Part shown: positions 1 through 12,036 of the stretch, piece by piece
Layout: every line of letters begins with the position of its first letter
Position numbering within the stretch: position 1 is the stretch's first letter
Assembly: GCF_009834535.1 (NCBI RefSeq)
Contig: NC_045696.1
Location: 16,432,001-16,496,000 of the forward strand
Length of the DNA: 64,000 nucleotides
Direction: 5' to 3'
Source of the DNA: Camelus ferus
Lineage: Eukaryota
Program-made: the position numbers and the translations under genes
The notes under the pieces: generated by a model
The model's input: only the letters and a program-made list of their open reading frames with translations
Database searches by the model: none
What the model was told of the DNA's origin: nothing

Positions 1-1389
1 ATACTGAAAAGAAGGAATTAATTAATTTATGATTTACTGGCATCAGAGAGACAAGAGACAAAAAAATTGAATGAATTGGGGGGAACACACATCTGCAGAT
101 ACATAAATCATAAAATACTTCAGACTTTAAGTAAAATTAAGTTACTGTGTAAAATATCCTAGACCTGAAATGTGGAAGAAGATAGAAATTAATTTTGCTT
201 TCTGGGAAGCCACGTTGGAATGACTGGAGCACATATAAAATAGAATCAAAATGTAATTTTTAATTAAAAGGAGCAGAGGTGAAACCAAAAAAATAGAAAA
301 CACTTATTTGGGAGTAAAAAAGACCAATGTTTGATGGCAATAAATATAGAAGGATTTTCTATATTAAAAATAAAACACACATTTTAAAGTGATATAAAAG
401 GTACAGGATTTTCATTTAAAGTAATGGAAACATTTTGGAATGAGATAGAGGTGGTGCTCACACAACACTGCGATTGTAATAAATGCCACTGAATTGTTCA
501 CTTTAACATGATGGATTTTGTTATGTGAATTTCTCCTTAATACATTTTTTTTAAAGTAATGTTAAGACTCAAGAGTATACTTTTGGCATCCTAATTCAGG
601 TATCTTGGCATAGGGCCTGGGGATCCAGGGACGAATATGCACAGTATCCAGCTGGACCCAACAATAAGAACCTCCCGGAAAATAAAAGTAGGAGAAATTA
701 ACTTCGTTTCCTTTGTCCCACGTGGACATCCTGACCTACCTTTTCCTCGCACTGTGCTCAGTCATTGGCTCTTCCAGTCTCCTTTTGGGCACCTCACCCA
801 GCCCTGTTTGTCTTCCCTATAAGCACTCCATTCTCCCAAATTACTTCCAATCATTAATTCCTTTTCCCCGCCTCTCCCCATTTCAGACTAATTCCTGATG
901 AAGAGTAAATGTTTTCTTAGCTTAAACATGTAAAATATTAGGACTTAAAAGAAACTGATTAACCTAAATACTTATTTAAAGTGAATGACAGGCTGGTTCT
1001 TATTACAGCATATTTTTACTTAACAAGCACAGAGAACAACTTACTAGATGCCAGGCACTACTGAAAGCACTGGTTAAATAGCAGTTCATTTAATTCCTCC
1101 TCACCCCAGCCCTCTTTTTTAATCTTGGTCTCTTTACTCCAAACCTCTCTCTCTCCAACTCCAGAACCTAAGGCATGCCTGAAGAAGAGGGATTGGACAT
1201 TTGAAACCTGTTTCTTAAATGCTTACGATCTAAAGAAGCATCATATTTAACAAACAGTAATTCTGGTTGTCCACTATTATTAACGTGTTCTAGGTAAAAG
1301 ATCCTTCAGAAAAGTAGTAGTCTGTCAATATTTGAAGTAAATTTATAAAAGCTTATAATTCTTTTTGGTTATTAGAGCTTTACAAGATT

Positions 1390-1555
1390 TTTTAAATTGT
1401 AATAAAATACACATCACTTAAAATTTACCATCTTAATGATTTTAACTATACAGTTCAGTAGCATTAAATATATTCACATTATTGTGCGATCAAACTCCAG
1501 AACTTCTGCATCTTGCAAAATTGATACTTTATACCCATTAAATACCAACTCATCC
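1390..1555 (-). mobile_element. L1MB-like 3' end
   Basis: AAAATTTACCATCTTAATGATTTTAACTATACAGTTCAGTAGCATTAAATATATTCACATT. Confidence 0.7.
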
Positions 1556-1996
1556 CTTATAAATATTTTAAGCAGCTAAAATAAATAACAAAATGTTACC
1601 TCCAAATAGGATATATCAATGTTACCTTAAATACATAGAGTTTTGTATCTTAAATACAAAGGGTTTGCAATGCTAATTTCCCTTTGCCAAATCTAGCTGG
1701 CTGGAAACTGCGAGATCTTCGCCTCCCAGTTTTACAAATTAGACTGGCTTTGTTGCAGGTACTTTATGTAATAAGAGACCTTCTTTGTACAGCAGGTCTT
1801 TCGTGGAATATCCAGAATTTCCACTGAGGAGGTGGAGAGAGAGTTCTCAGGTGGAAACCGCAGCAGGGAGCAAGCAGCCTTTGAGGCAGAGGAGTCAGTG
1901 TGAAGGGAGGTGGAGGTTTCTCACAAACAGACACACATGCCACCCCGGTGAGGTCTTTAAACAACACAGCCCATGAAGATCAGTAAGGTACTCTAC

Positions 1997-2062
1997 CTTG
2001 GTACTCTACCGCTGTGACTACTTGATGATCTTTTGGGGCAGAGAATCCACAGGCCTTATGAT
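1997..2062 (-). CDS. JAM2: JAM2 coding exon 2
   Basis: tctttcAG acceptor; 66 nt in phase 1 encoding (Y)HKACGFSAPKDHQVVTAVEYQ(E); GTAGAG donor. In frame with exon 1 and matches recalled JAM2 YHKAYGFSAPKDQQVVTAVEYQE. Confidence 0.96.
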
Positions 2063-4404
2063 CTGAAAGATTCAAACAGATAGGATAATTAAAACAGTGC
2101 AAAAGGGCATTTTCGAATGTTTGAATGGGATGCAAGATTAGAGAAAACAGGCCTGAAGCTGCGTAACAGTTTCACACAACTCATACCCCATAAGTTTTAA
2201 AGTATCTAAATAGGACGAGCCAGGACAAACTATGGTTTTTTTTTTCCATCTTCTATATTGTAGTTTTGCCCTTCAAGCATTTCCCAAAGCAGAACTCATG
2301 AATCTCTTTCACCCCCTCCCCGCCCCTACAGACACTGCATTGTCACAAGCAGGAACAAGAGGTTATATCCATCATTCAGCCTAATATGTAATTTATTAGT
2401 GTCATCAATATAGCTCCCTGCAAATAAAAGCTCATTATTTTAGTGCCTTATATATTAATATAAGCTGCTTAGCAAACTTATCCCTATCTCTGTATCACAT
2501 AGAAATGAGTCATTTAACATATGTTTGACTATGAAATGTACACATAATATATAATGTTTATAAACTTTGTACATAACATTATGATGAAAAATGCAAACAG
2601 AACATCTTTAGGTTCCCCCCCCCCACCAAAACATTTCAATGTTTTTCCAGGGTTGGTCTATAGGATTGAAATGACTAACAGACTATGGTGGGTAATGGGG
2701 TCTAATATGATGATGATGGTGACAATATTATCATCACTCTCCTAGACTTATACAGAAGTTTTCATTTTAAAAAGTGCTTTCATGTACTTTCAAAAAAAAT
2801 TTGATAAAATTCAATATCAAAACGGCTTGGTGTGATAGGCAGGATTAAGACTTAAACGATAAAGTAGCAGGAATTAAAACTTTCTCATTCCATCTTTGAT
2901 GTGTATCATTTTGTGTTATTTCACTTCACGGATGTCATTCGATGGTCCAGTGAATGACGATGTTTAAAAATAATTTAAGTCACTTCCTATTAGTGTGCAC
3001 CTCTGAAATATAAATGCTATAAAGGCAAGGTTTTGTATTGTATTCTCTGATGGAGTCCAAACACCTAGAACAGTGCCTGGCCTAAAGCAAGGCACAATAC
3101 ACATTTGTTGAGCCAATGACTGAGACCACTCCTTACTGTCTACTAATGAGAAGAATCCAGGAAGTGGGGCTCAGAGCAAAATGCTGCTAATGAAGAGTTC
3201 CAGGAGGCAAGCAACTCTTTGGGGAAGGTGTCACAGGTAAACCATACTGGATTGGTGTTAATTATTTTAATGTAAAGCATTCTTGCTGATCATTTGAGGA
3301 AACAATTTAGGAAAAGAATAATCCAACCACTGTCCACCCAAAAAAATCATATATAAAATAACCTAAGACCAAATTAAACTCATCATAAAACTGTAAAGAA
3401 GGTTATTTCTTGAAGATATATTTCTGCAGTTTACTAGAAACACTAGTTCTCTTCTCACGCTACCTCTGTCTTCTGTCTTCATATAATTTAATGACCCTGT
3501 TTTCACCAAGGCAAAAATGACGTCTCTATTGCCATATTCAACGGACACTTTTAGTTTTTATCTTACTTGATCTCTGTAACATCTGACTCTGTTGACTCCC
3601 TTGGGTTCTGTGACATAATTCTTTCCTGGTCCTCATTCGGCCTCTGTGTTATCTTCCTCCTTGTTCTGCTCATCCATGCATCCATCTGTTTATCCTTTCA
3701 TCCATTCATCCAGAAAGTGCTTTCCTGACTCAGCTAACTCCTTTTTATATAATCTTTTATATTCTTATCGATTCAACTACTATTTATTTGCTGAAAAGCC
3801 CTAAATCTGTACTTCTAGTTCTAATCTTTCTCCTGAGATTGGATCCATAAACTCCTCTTTCTCTTGGGTTTCTGTATCTCCATTTCCTATAAGCACCAAA
3901 AAACTCATGGGCAACACCGAACTTTGCTCGTCCCCAAACTTTGTTTTCTTTCTGCAATTCCCAATACTGTGAAAGGCACCACAATCCACGTGGTCACCCA
4001 TGCTAGGGAATCAGGCATCGGCCATGAGGTACCTATTCTCTCATCCATTTACTCATCAGTTTCCACCTACAGACTGAGAATTGTGTGTCATCCAGGACAA
4101 GGTTTTGAAATATTTGCCCTTTCTCTTCTTTGCCCTGCCCACCTTCATGTTGCCAAGTGTTCTTTGCCTCAGGGAGGGGATGTGGGTAGCCAAAACCAGA
4201 GAGAGAAGAGCAGAGTACTTCCTGCCTTTCCACATTTAGAAATCCTGGCCATGAGGAAAATGGAAATGACTCACAGCTTCGGCAAACATTTGAGAGAAAC
4301 CATCATGAGTGAAATATACTTTCTTCCTGGACTCGGGGTAGAGAGGAGGAAGTGAGTTGGAGGACGTGGAACTTAGTGGGCTTTCGAGAAAGAAAGCAAG
4401 CAGC

Positions 4405-4640
4405 TAACATTTATTAAGCACTTGGGTGTTAGGCAACGTTCCCAAAGGTTTACAAATACTAGCACATTTAACTGTCACAACAGCTCTCTGTGGTAGGGTA
4501 CCATTTTTAATCCACATTTTTTCAGGTGAGGAAACTGAGGCACAGAGAGGGTAAGAAACTTAGCCAAGGTTATATAAGTAGTAAGTGGTGGAGTTGGGAC
4601 TTGAACTTATCCAAATTATACCCAAAGCCCACATTGTTTA
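4405..4640. mobile_element. MIR SINE
   Basis: Core GAGGAAACTGAGGCACAGAGAGGGTAAG. Confidence 0.8.
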
Positions 4641-4845
4641 TTATTATACTATACTGGGCCCCAAATCACGATCCCCCCAAGCTGAACTATGAGGAAGGAC
4701 TGCAGATGGACAAAGAGGCCAGGTGGAAAGCCTTGGTCCAGTGAAGGCAAAGGACTGGCTCAGAAGCATAACAGGAAGGTGGAAGCTAACAGACTGTGAC
4801 TGGAAGGGTAGGACATGAAGCAAATCTCAGAGGGAAGGCTCTAGA

Positions 4846-5080
4846 CAAGGGTTTGTCAGTGTTGGCACTACTGAAATTTGGGACTGGATCATTCTTTGTT
4901 GTGCGAGGCTGTCCTGTGCATTGCAGGATGCTTTCCAGTATTGCTGGCTTCCACTCACTAGATGCCAGTAGCATCCTTACCCACCTACCTCAAGTCATGA
5001 CAACCAAAACTGTTCCTAGATTTTGCCAAATGTCCCCTGAGAATGGGATGGGGAGCTCATACCTGGTTGAGAACCACTGC
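4846..5080. mobile_element. MER20 (hAT-Charlie)
   Basis: GGCACTACTGAAATTTGGGACTGGATCATTCTTTGTTGTG...CACTAGATGCCAGTAGCA...GGTTGAGAACCACTG. Confidence 0.85.
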
Positions 5081-8000
5081 TCTAGACTTACAGCTAGGTT
5101 GGTTGGAAGACCTAGGAATAGAAATAAACAAATAGACTTAAGGAGGGCAAGGAACCATGAGCTGAAGGATTTTGAAAGTTCCTATGAGATCAGAATCTCT
5201 TTATTATCAAATAATTTATTGCACTTCTGGGAAGGAGAGAAAAATCTTTCATATGACATGGCATCTTTGAATCACTCATCTATGTGGACAGTGACATGTA
5301 AATTAGTTTCCCACTGTGCTAGATTACATCTCTCCTGAAGAAAACATGCTATTCTTGATAATTTTTCCCTCTCTTCTCTCTCCCTTGGAAGCCTGGATAG
5401 CAAATCTAATTGTGAAATTAAAAATCTGAAAAATCTACAAACCTCAAATGTCTAGCTCCAACATTCAACCTTGTTAAACTATTTAGGTTCCACATATCTC
5501 TCAAGTGCAAACATCTGCATAAAGGAAACTGGCAAATCTTGTATCTATGTGAAGAATGTAGAGCTGAACTGGTATTTTTTATTGACACTTTCAATATATT
5601 CGAATAAAGCAGAAACCCATGTGGCTCAGCCTTTGAGAAGTACCAGGGCCACCAAAGAGTAATTTCACAATAGCTCTTTGGCTTGTGTATTTCAAAACCC
5701 ATGAAATCTTTTAAAGACGTCTTTTAACATACTATATTCTCCCTTTTCCATATCCTTCTGTCATATTCTAGCATATGACCCATGGCCCTCTGAACCCCTC
5801 CCTGACCACCTCATGCCTTTCTTTTCCAGCTTCTCCTCTCCTTCCACAATTTTATTTCATAGAGTCCAGAGGGAGGGTTTGGATTTTTAGAGAGCAGAGG
5901 AAGGGAAGAGACTAAGTTAGCCAAGCCAGAATCCTCTTAAATGAGCTGGAGGAAAGTCTGGGCCTCATGAGTCCTTGTTGAATTATACCAACATTTAAAT
6001 GACACAGTTGCTGAATGTTTTTGCCAATGATTCCAATACTAAATGATTTTTCTGTGACACTTTTGAAGTACACTTTGAAAAAGTCTCTCTTCTCCTTTAA
6101 TGATGTGTAAATTAGTGCCTTCAGAGACTTTCCAATTATGACAGGCATTTCTTGTGATTTTTGAACTATTGTAGTACACTTTTTAGACAAAACAGTGAAG
6201 ATTCAAATCCCTTAGAAACCAGTAGGGGAGACAGCCTTGGCAAAATAGGAAAAGCTCATCTTTGTTCCCTTCACTTCATAGCTTTGAACCTTCCCAGCAC
6301 CGCACGGCCTGCGGAGAATGTTTATTTTCTTTAGGAGACTTGGGCCTTCTTTCATTTGAGGCAAATGTTGGTCCAGTCTGAGGCTGGAAGATTCACGACT
6401 GGGTTGAGCCATTTTCCGCCTTTGTCAGTTCCAGTCTTCTACTTGCTAAAACTGCCCTTGAGAGATTTCTTAAATTTTCAAAAATCGCTTTTAAAGTTCT
6501 ATGGAAAAATTACAGCTGTTAACTTCAGGCATTTTATTAATTCCCTCATAACTGTTACATGCATATATTTGAAAAGGAAAAAAACAAAAAACAAAAAACA
6601 TGTCCCAGACACAAAGAAAGAGAGGATTGGTTGAATTAGGAAAATTAAGAAGGCAAAAAAGTTGTAACAGGGGTTAGTTGTATTAAGTCAAGACGTAGAT
6701 AGCATGTCTTGGTAGCTAAATATTTCTTTCTGTGATTTTTAGCATCTTCTCCTACCTACCTTGCTTCCTCTAATTCTATTTACTTCAAAGTTTGCCTTTA
6801 ACTAAGTAAAAACATTTTTTAAAGTGTGGTCATTTATGTTGAACTTATTTAAACATAAATTTCCAGATCTTAAAAAAAAATGTGTAAGATTTCTACTGTT
6901 TCAGCCTTTTTAAGTCTTAGAATTCAGTTTTATTTTTCTAACTTGTGCCCAGTAACTCTTTTTATGAAAACAAAATGTTGGATTTTGTATCAACATTTCA
7001 CGAGCAGATGTCAGAAACAGTCTCTGTCGGCTGCTTTCTTGAACTGATTTTTTTTTTCCCTTCACTTTTCCAGAGTAAGTTAAATAGAAAAATAAACAAA
7101 AAATTGTCATGTAGGTCCACTGGTTGAGGTCAACAACTGTTTTAAGGTTAGCTACGAAACATCTTTCATAGTTATAGATGTGTTCCAAAATCTCTGGCAG
7201 AAGTTCATAAAATGAGGTTAAGAGATTATTATTTCCATGACTGCTAAAACTCCAAGTCAAGTAATTCCTTGTCAAATAAAACCTTTATGTTTCCTTTCCC
7301 CATCCCCCATAAGAATAAAAGTTCTTATATGGTCGATCATACATCTAAAATAATTTGGCTTGTCTAAGAATAAATATGTATTCACACTACCACAATATAA
7401 AAATTTACTATAAAAGTGTTATTTAAGTTAATATTTTTAATTGAAAACATGACTAGGAAAGATTGACATGTTATAGAGGTTTTCTGTTTGTTTTAAAAGT
7501 ATATGACAGAGAATATTATGCATAAAAACAAGTTATAAAGACAGTGGATACAAATTACTTCATTAGTTTTCAAAAATAAAACTTAATAGCCATATGGTTT
7601 TGATAATCACTTATGTACAATTATTATAGTAAAAAAATATTTAGAAGACCCACAAGGCTAGCAGTAACAAAATAATACCATCTGGGACTTATTATGGATA
7701 AGTATTTATATGGATAGAAGTAACCCAAATGAGGTAGAAGTTAGGATATGCTGGATAATGTACTCATCAGTCTAACTCTCTTGTCATTCAGCAACAGTAG
7801 GTCTAGAATAGCGGGGGGCGGGGGAGGGCTGAAGGAGGGAGAAAGAGTGTGGGAAAGGGAGAGAGAGAGACAGACACACAGTCAGACAGGTCCTTCTAGC
7901 CACTGGCCATTCTAGCCCTTCCTTTTAACGAGACATTGACATCCTATTTTCAGAGAAAGGGAAGCCTCACCAAAGTGCAAGGGGGAATAAAAGATGTGCT

Positions 8001-9959
8001 TGACTTTGGAGCTACCCGCGGCTGATGTGAGTTCCTGATGAGTTACACATCATCATGATGTGAGTTCATGATGCCCTAAAGAACTTCAGGGTGATTTTGA
8101 CAATGAATAAATTTTCCCTTAAGGAACCTGGCATCCAACAAAGATGAGACTCCACTCTGTTAATATCCTTATTTGACAGATGTGACGATCGAGAGTGGTT
8201 AAGTACCTTGCTCAAGGTCACAACGTTCCAAAGCAGGGAAGCCACGATGTGCACCGATCTATAGCTAGTTTAGTCCTCCTCCCACCCTGCACTTCCCCCG
8301 CAGCCCCCCATTCTCAAGTCAGCGCAAGGCGTCGTGAGAAAGCAGTGTCACACATGGTACTCTCAGACACTCGGCAAAGAACTTCACATCCATTATCAAT
8401 ATTTAGGGTTGCAAGAATATTATTCAGGGAGTATATAACAAATAGCCATTTTAACAGAGAAAGTGTTAATGGGCAAATGTTTATGGTGAGTGAATTAACT
8501 TGAATAAGCCTTGTGTATTTATTATCTACTGCACAAAAGCTTTATGCCTCCTCCTCTTTTCTGTTTTTTTAATCATTTGAATGTAAGGAGGAAAACTGGT
8601 ATTTTGGAACTGAGTATAAGTTGTTTTCATGAAACTATATGCGTTAGTAAATGTAGGGAAAGTTTCAGGGCATTCCGTTACCCAAACAACTGGATGATTA
8701 AATTTTTCAGGTGATATTCAAAATGAAGTAAATAAATTAACTTCTTCCAGTAAGATCAATTCTCAAAATTTTCAGAGAAATGTCCTTCAAGCATATCTTC
8801 AAGGAATTAATGGTGGTCAATAGCATCAGAAAGCCATCAGTGGCTAACTTCTCACCAGGTACTCCCCACTAGGACGTGAAAGAAGCCATTTTAGCATTCT
8901 GAGATCTTTCTTTGGTGTTCGACAAGTGACGACCTCAGCCAGACACAATTCGTTCACCAGTGGCATTAACTCCAGAGTTTAGATAGAGAACAACAGTCAA
9001 CTCAAATCCAGCAGACTCTCAAGACAAGATGAAGAAATGTCATCTTCCAAAATTGATGCTAATGAGAATCACATACTCAATGGAAGGCATGGATACTAAC
9101 CACTCCATGCTCTCATTGGTTCAGGGTCAGGTTCAGGTGCCAGGAAACAATGGTCCCAACACTTTGATAGTGTAAAATAAGAAACTGTTACTAAAGATGT
9201 CAGATATCAAAATAGACACATGGGGTGATGGCCAAGAGCAGTACGGTGGGACAGGTGGATCATAACAAGCCCGCGTGTCTCTCTTCACTAACTGACTCGT
9301 GCTCTGGGTTGTGTCTCAGGCACGTCTTTAAGTACAGATGGTGCATCAAGCTTTGAGAGCCTGGTGACACTTTAAGATTATTCACTACCTTTTAATCTAA
9401 AATTATGGTTGCTAACTCCTAAACTTTGATATAATTTTTCAAGATTAAGTCCAGAGCCACCACCTGCATTTTTCAGCAGCAATGAGTATACTAATGTAAT
9501 TGCCAAATAAATAATTTTTGAGAGCAGGCATTGTAAATCATTTCTCCAGAATTTTGATCAGCTCTGAGCAAATAGCCAAAACCAAGTTTCTAAATCTGGG
9601 TTCTGAACTCTGGTTCTGAATCTCCAAGCTGTGCAAACCTGCACAGAAGTCCTAACGCACTCCTAAAGCTGACAGCACAGACGAGTCAATGGCTGTTTGG
9701 GTCAGGGAATAATGAAATGGTTACCTACAGTCATTTGATATTCATAAACCCACTTAACAACATATGTGAGAAGATAGCTTTCTATCATCTACCAAGCCCT
9801 CTCCCTCCCCCACTCTATAACTAAGCCACTCCACCCCCAACTCTATAACGGTGTTTGTTTCAAACTTTCTTTATACTTTAGGAGCTTTATTCTCTGCCTT
9901 ACCGAGTGAATTTCAGGAATCACTAACAACAGTTTATTGCATCAAAATTTTTGATTTTT

Positions 9960-10324
9960 TGAAAATACCATATGATATCACTCATATGTGGAATCTAAAA
10001 AAAAAAGAAGACAAATGAAATCAAACATAAAACAGAAACAGACTCATAGACATAGAATACAAACTTGTGGTTGCCAAGGGGGGAGGGGGTTGGGAAGGGA
10101 CAGACTGGGAGTTCGAAATTTGTAGATACTGACAGGTGTATATAGAATAGATAAACAAGTTTATACTGTACAGCACAGGGAAATATATACAAGAGCTTGT
10201 GGTAGCTCACTGTGAAAAAGAATGTGAAAATGAATATATGTATATTCATGTATGACTGAAAAATTGTGCTCTACACTGGAAATTGATGCAACATTGTAAA
10301 CTGACTATAACTCAATAAAAAAAA
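9960..10324 (+). mobile_element. L1 3' end (young lineage-specific family)
   Basis: ATATCACTCATATGTGGAATCTAAAA...ACATTGTAAACTGACTATAACTCAATAAAAAAAA. Confidence 0.85.
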
Positions 10325-11126
10325 TTTTTTTTCATTTTTTGAAAGCATGAACATGCAAATTGTTTTTCACAGGGATTAGCATAGAAAGTACCAAAAAGAT
10401 CCTCTACTATCAGCAATTTTTAAAAATTTACCATCTGCAAATGAAGTTATCTTTGTATTTCTCAAACAAAGATAGAGCACTGCTAATGTTTCAATCATGT
10501 TCTGAATTTGAAGACTTATAAAATATAACGAATAGCCAGATAAAGGGAGGCGGACTGACCACGAGTTTAATAAGGCTTAAGCTTTGGGGTCCTCCCCTGC
10601 ATGGACTCCTCCTCAGGCCCTGCGGGTGAGGTGCAGAGAGCCTTGGAATTTGAGCATATTTTATAAAATGTACAAAAGTAAGATTTTTTTGTACAATTTT
10701 TCTTAGTGAGAGCTCTAACAATCCATCCCTGCCCACAATTACAGACTTCTCCTTATTTACGAGTTTACGCGGCTTTCTAGATTTGACCACTCACAATAAA
10801 GTGGTCTCCAGAGGCCACTGTCTGACAGTTCGACCTTTAAAACACTAAGATTTTATAGGACCAAAACCATAGTGCTCTCTTTCTCAAATTTCAATTCTAA
10901 AACTCTGAAGAGCTTTATACATTTTAGTTTTCAACTCTCCTGCCAGATCATGATTCATCAAAAGTTTAGCCCGTACATTTCATACATGTGTTATTCATTA
11001 AATTCTACTAGTGTAAATGCTTCCACAGAGATTTGAAAACTAAGGGAAACCCTCCCAGTTTATTGTTGTTTCGTGTTTCCTTTGATTAGTGTTCAGGAAG
11101 CCAAGGGAACAAGAACCATTTATTTT

Positions 11127-12036
11127 GAGTTCCAGTTAGTGTTCGTTTATTTGAAAACATTTTATTAGTGTGAAATAGACCAAATCAATTAAAAGGACAG
11201 TTAATTAGACAGAATTTCGGTTTCTTACACACGCCACCTTGCTCAAGGTGTAGAGTTTAAGAGAACAGATATTTCAGGTGTCCCAGGTAGAGTCACTATG
11301 GTCTGTTTATCTTCTTAAACCAGTGTGGACTCCAAGGCAGAAGGTACAAGAAAATCCAGAGGGTTAAGAAAAATATTAGAATCTCTCTATATTTATCACG
11401 TTCTTCTCTTGTTTTCTGTTTTTTTTTTTTGGGGGGGGGCAGGCTTAAGCAGTTTTTTATTATAAAAAGTTTTCAAATAGACACAAAAGTGGAGAGAACA
11501 GAACAATAAACCCGATATGCTCATTATTTGGATTCAACAGTTATAGACTTGGCCACATTTACTTCATCTATCCTTTTAGGTGTTGAGGAATTTTCAAATT
11601 ACATATATATCAAAATGTTTTCTTTATTATTTAAGAAGGTCTCAATTCCAATTAAAGATATATGGCTACAACACCATTAGGACAACTTACAAAATTAAAA
11701 ATAATTCCTTGGTATAATCTAATATCCAGCCCCAGTCGAATTCCTTGATGTCTTATTTGAATCACGATCCAAACCATGTCTCAGGCATTACATTTGCTTT
11801 GTAGGCTTTTTGCCTTATTTCGTTTTAATCTAGTGCTAACCTTGTTTTTCCTCCCTTTTATTTTCTTTTTCCATGCCACTAACTTGTTGCAGAAACCGAG
11901 TCACTTACTCTATAGACAAACCGACTTTCTGAGTTTCTCTGTGTGTCATGTAATCCATACATCTATTCTCCTGTAAAAAGAAGTTAGCTTGCCTAGAAGA
12001 CTGAGTCAAGTGAAGTAATTTTTTTTTTTTTTTGAG
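11127..12036 (+). repeat. Local duplication copy A (~910 bp)
   Basis: Near-identical to 16584-17492 along its length; both copies give almost the same ORF in the track (11776, 17236). Confidence 0.95.

Noticed and set aside
3864..4355. 163-aa ORF
   Set aside because: Overlaps decayed L2-like sequence, antisense to JAM2 in its intron; no recognisable protein.
4796..5338. 180-aa ORF
   Set aside because: Largely translated MER20; no splice or homology support.
8212..8220. TCAAGGTCA ERR motif (also TGACCTTGA at ~48519)
   Set aside because: Both fall in MIR-like sequence where this motif is common; no independent support.
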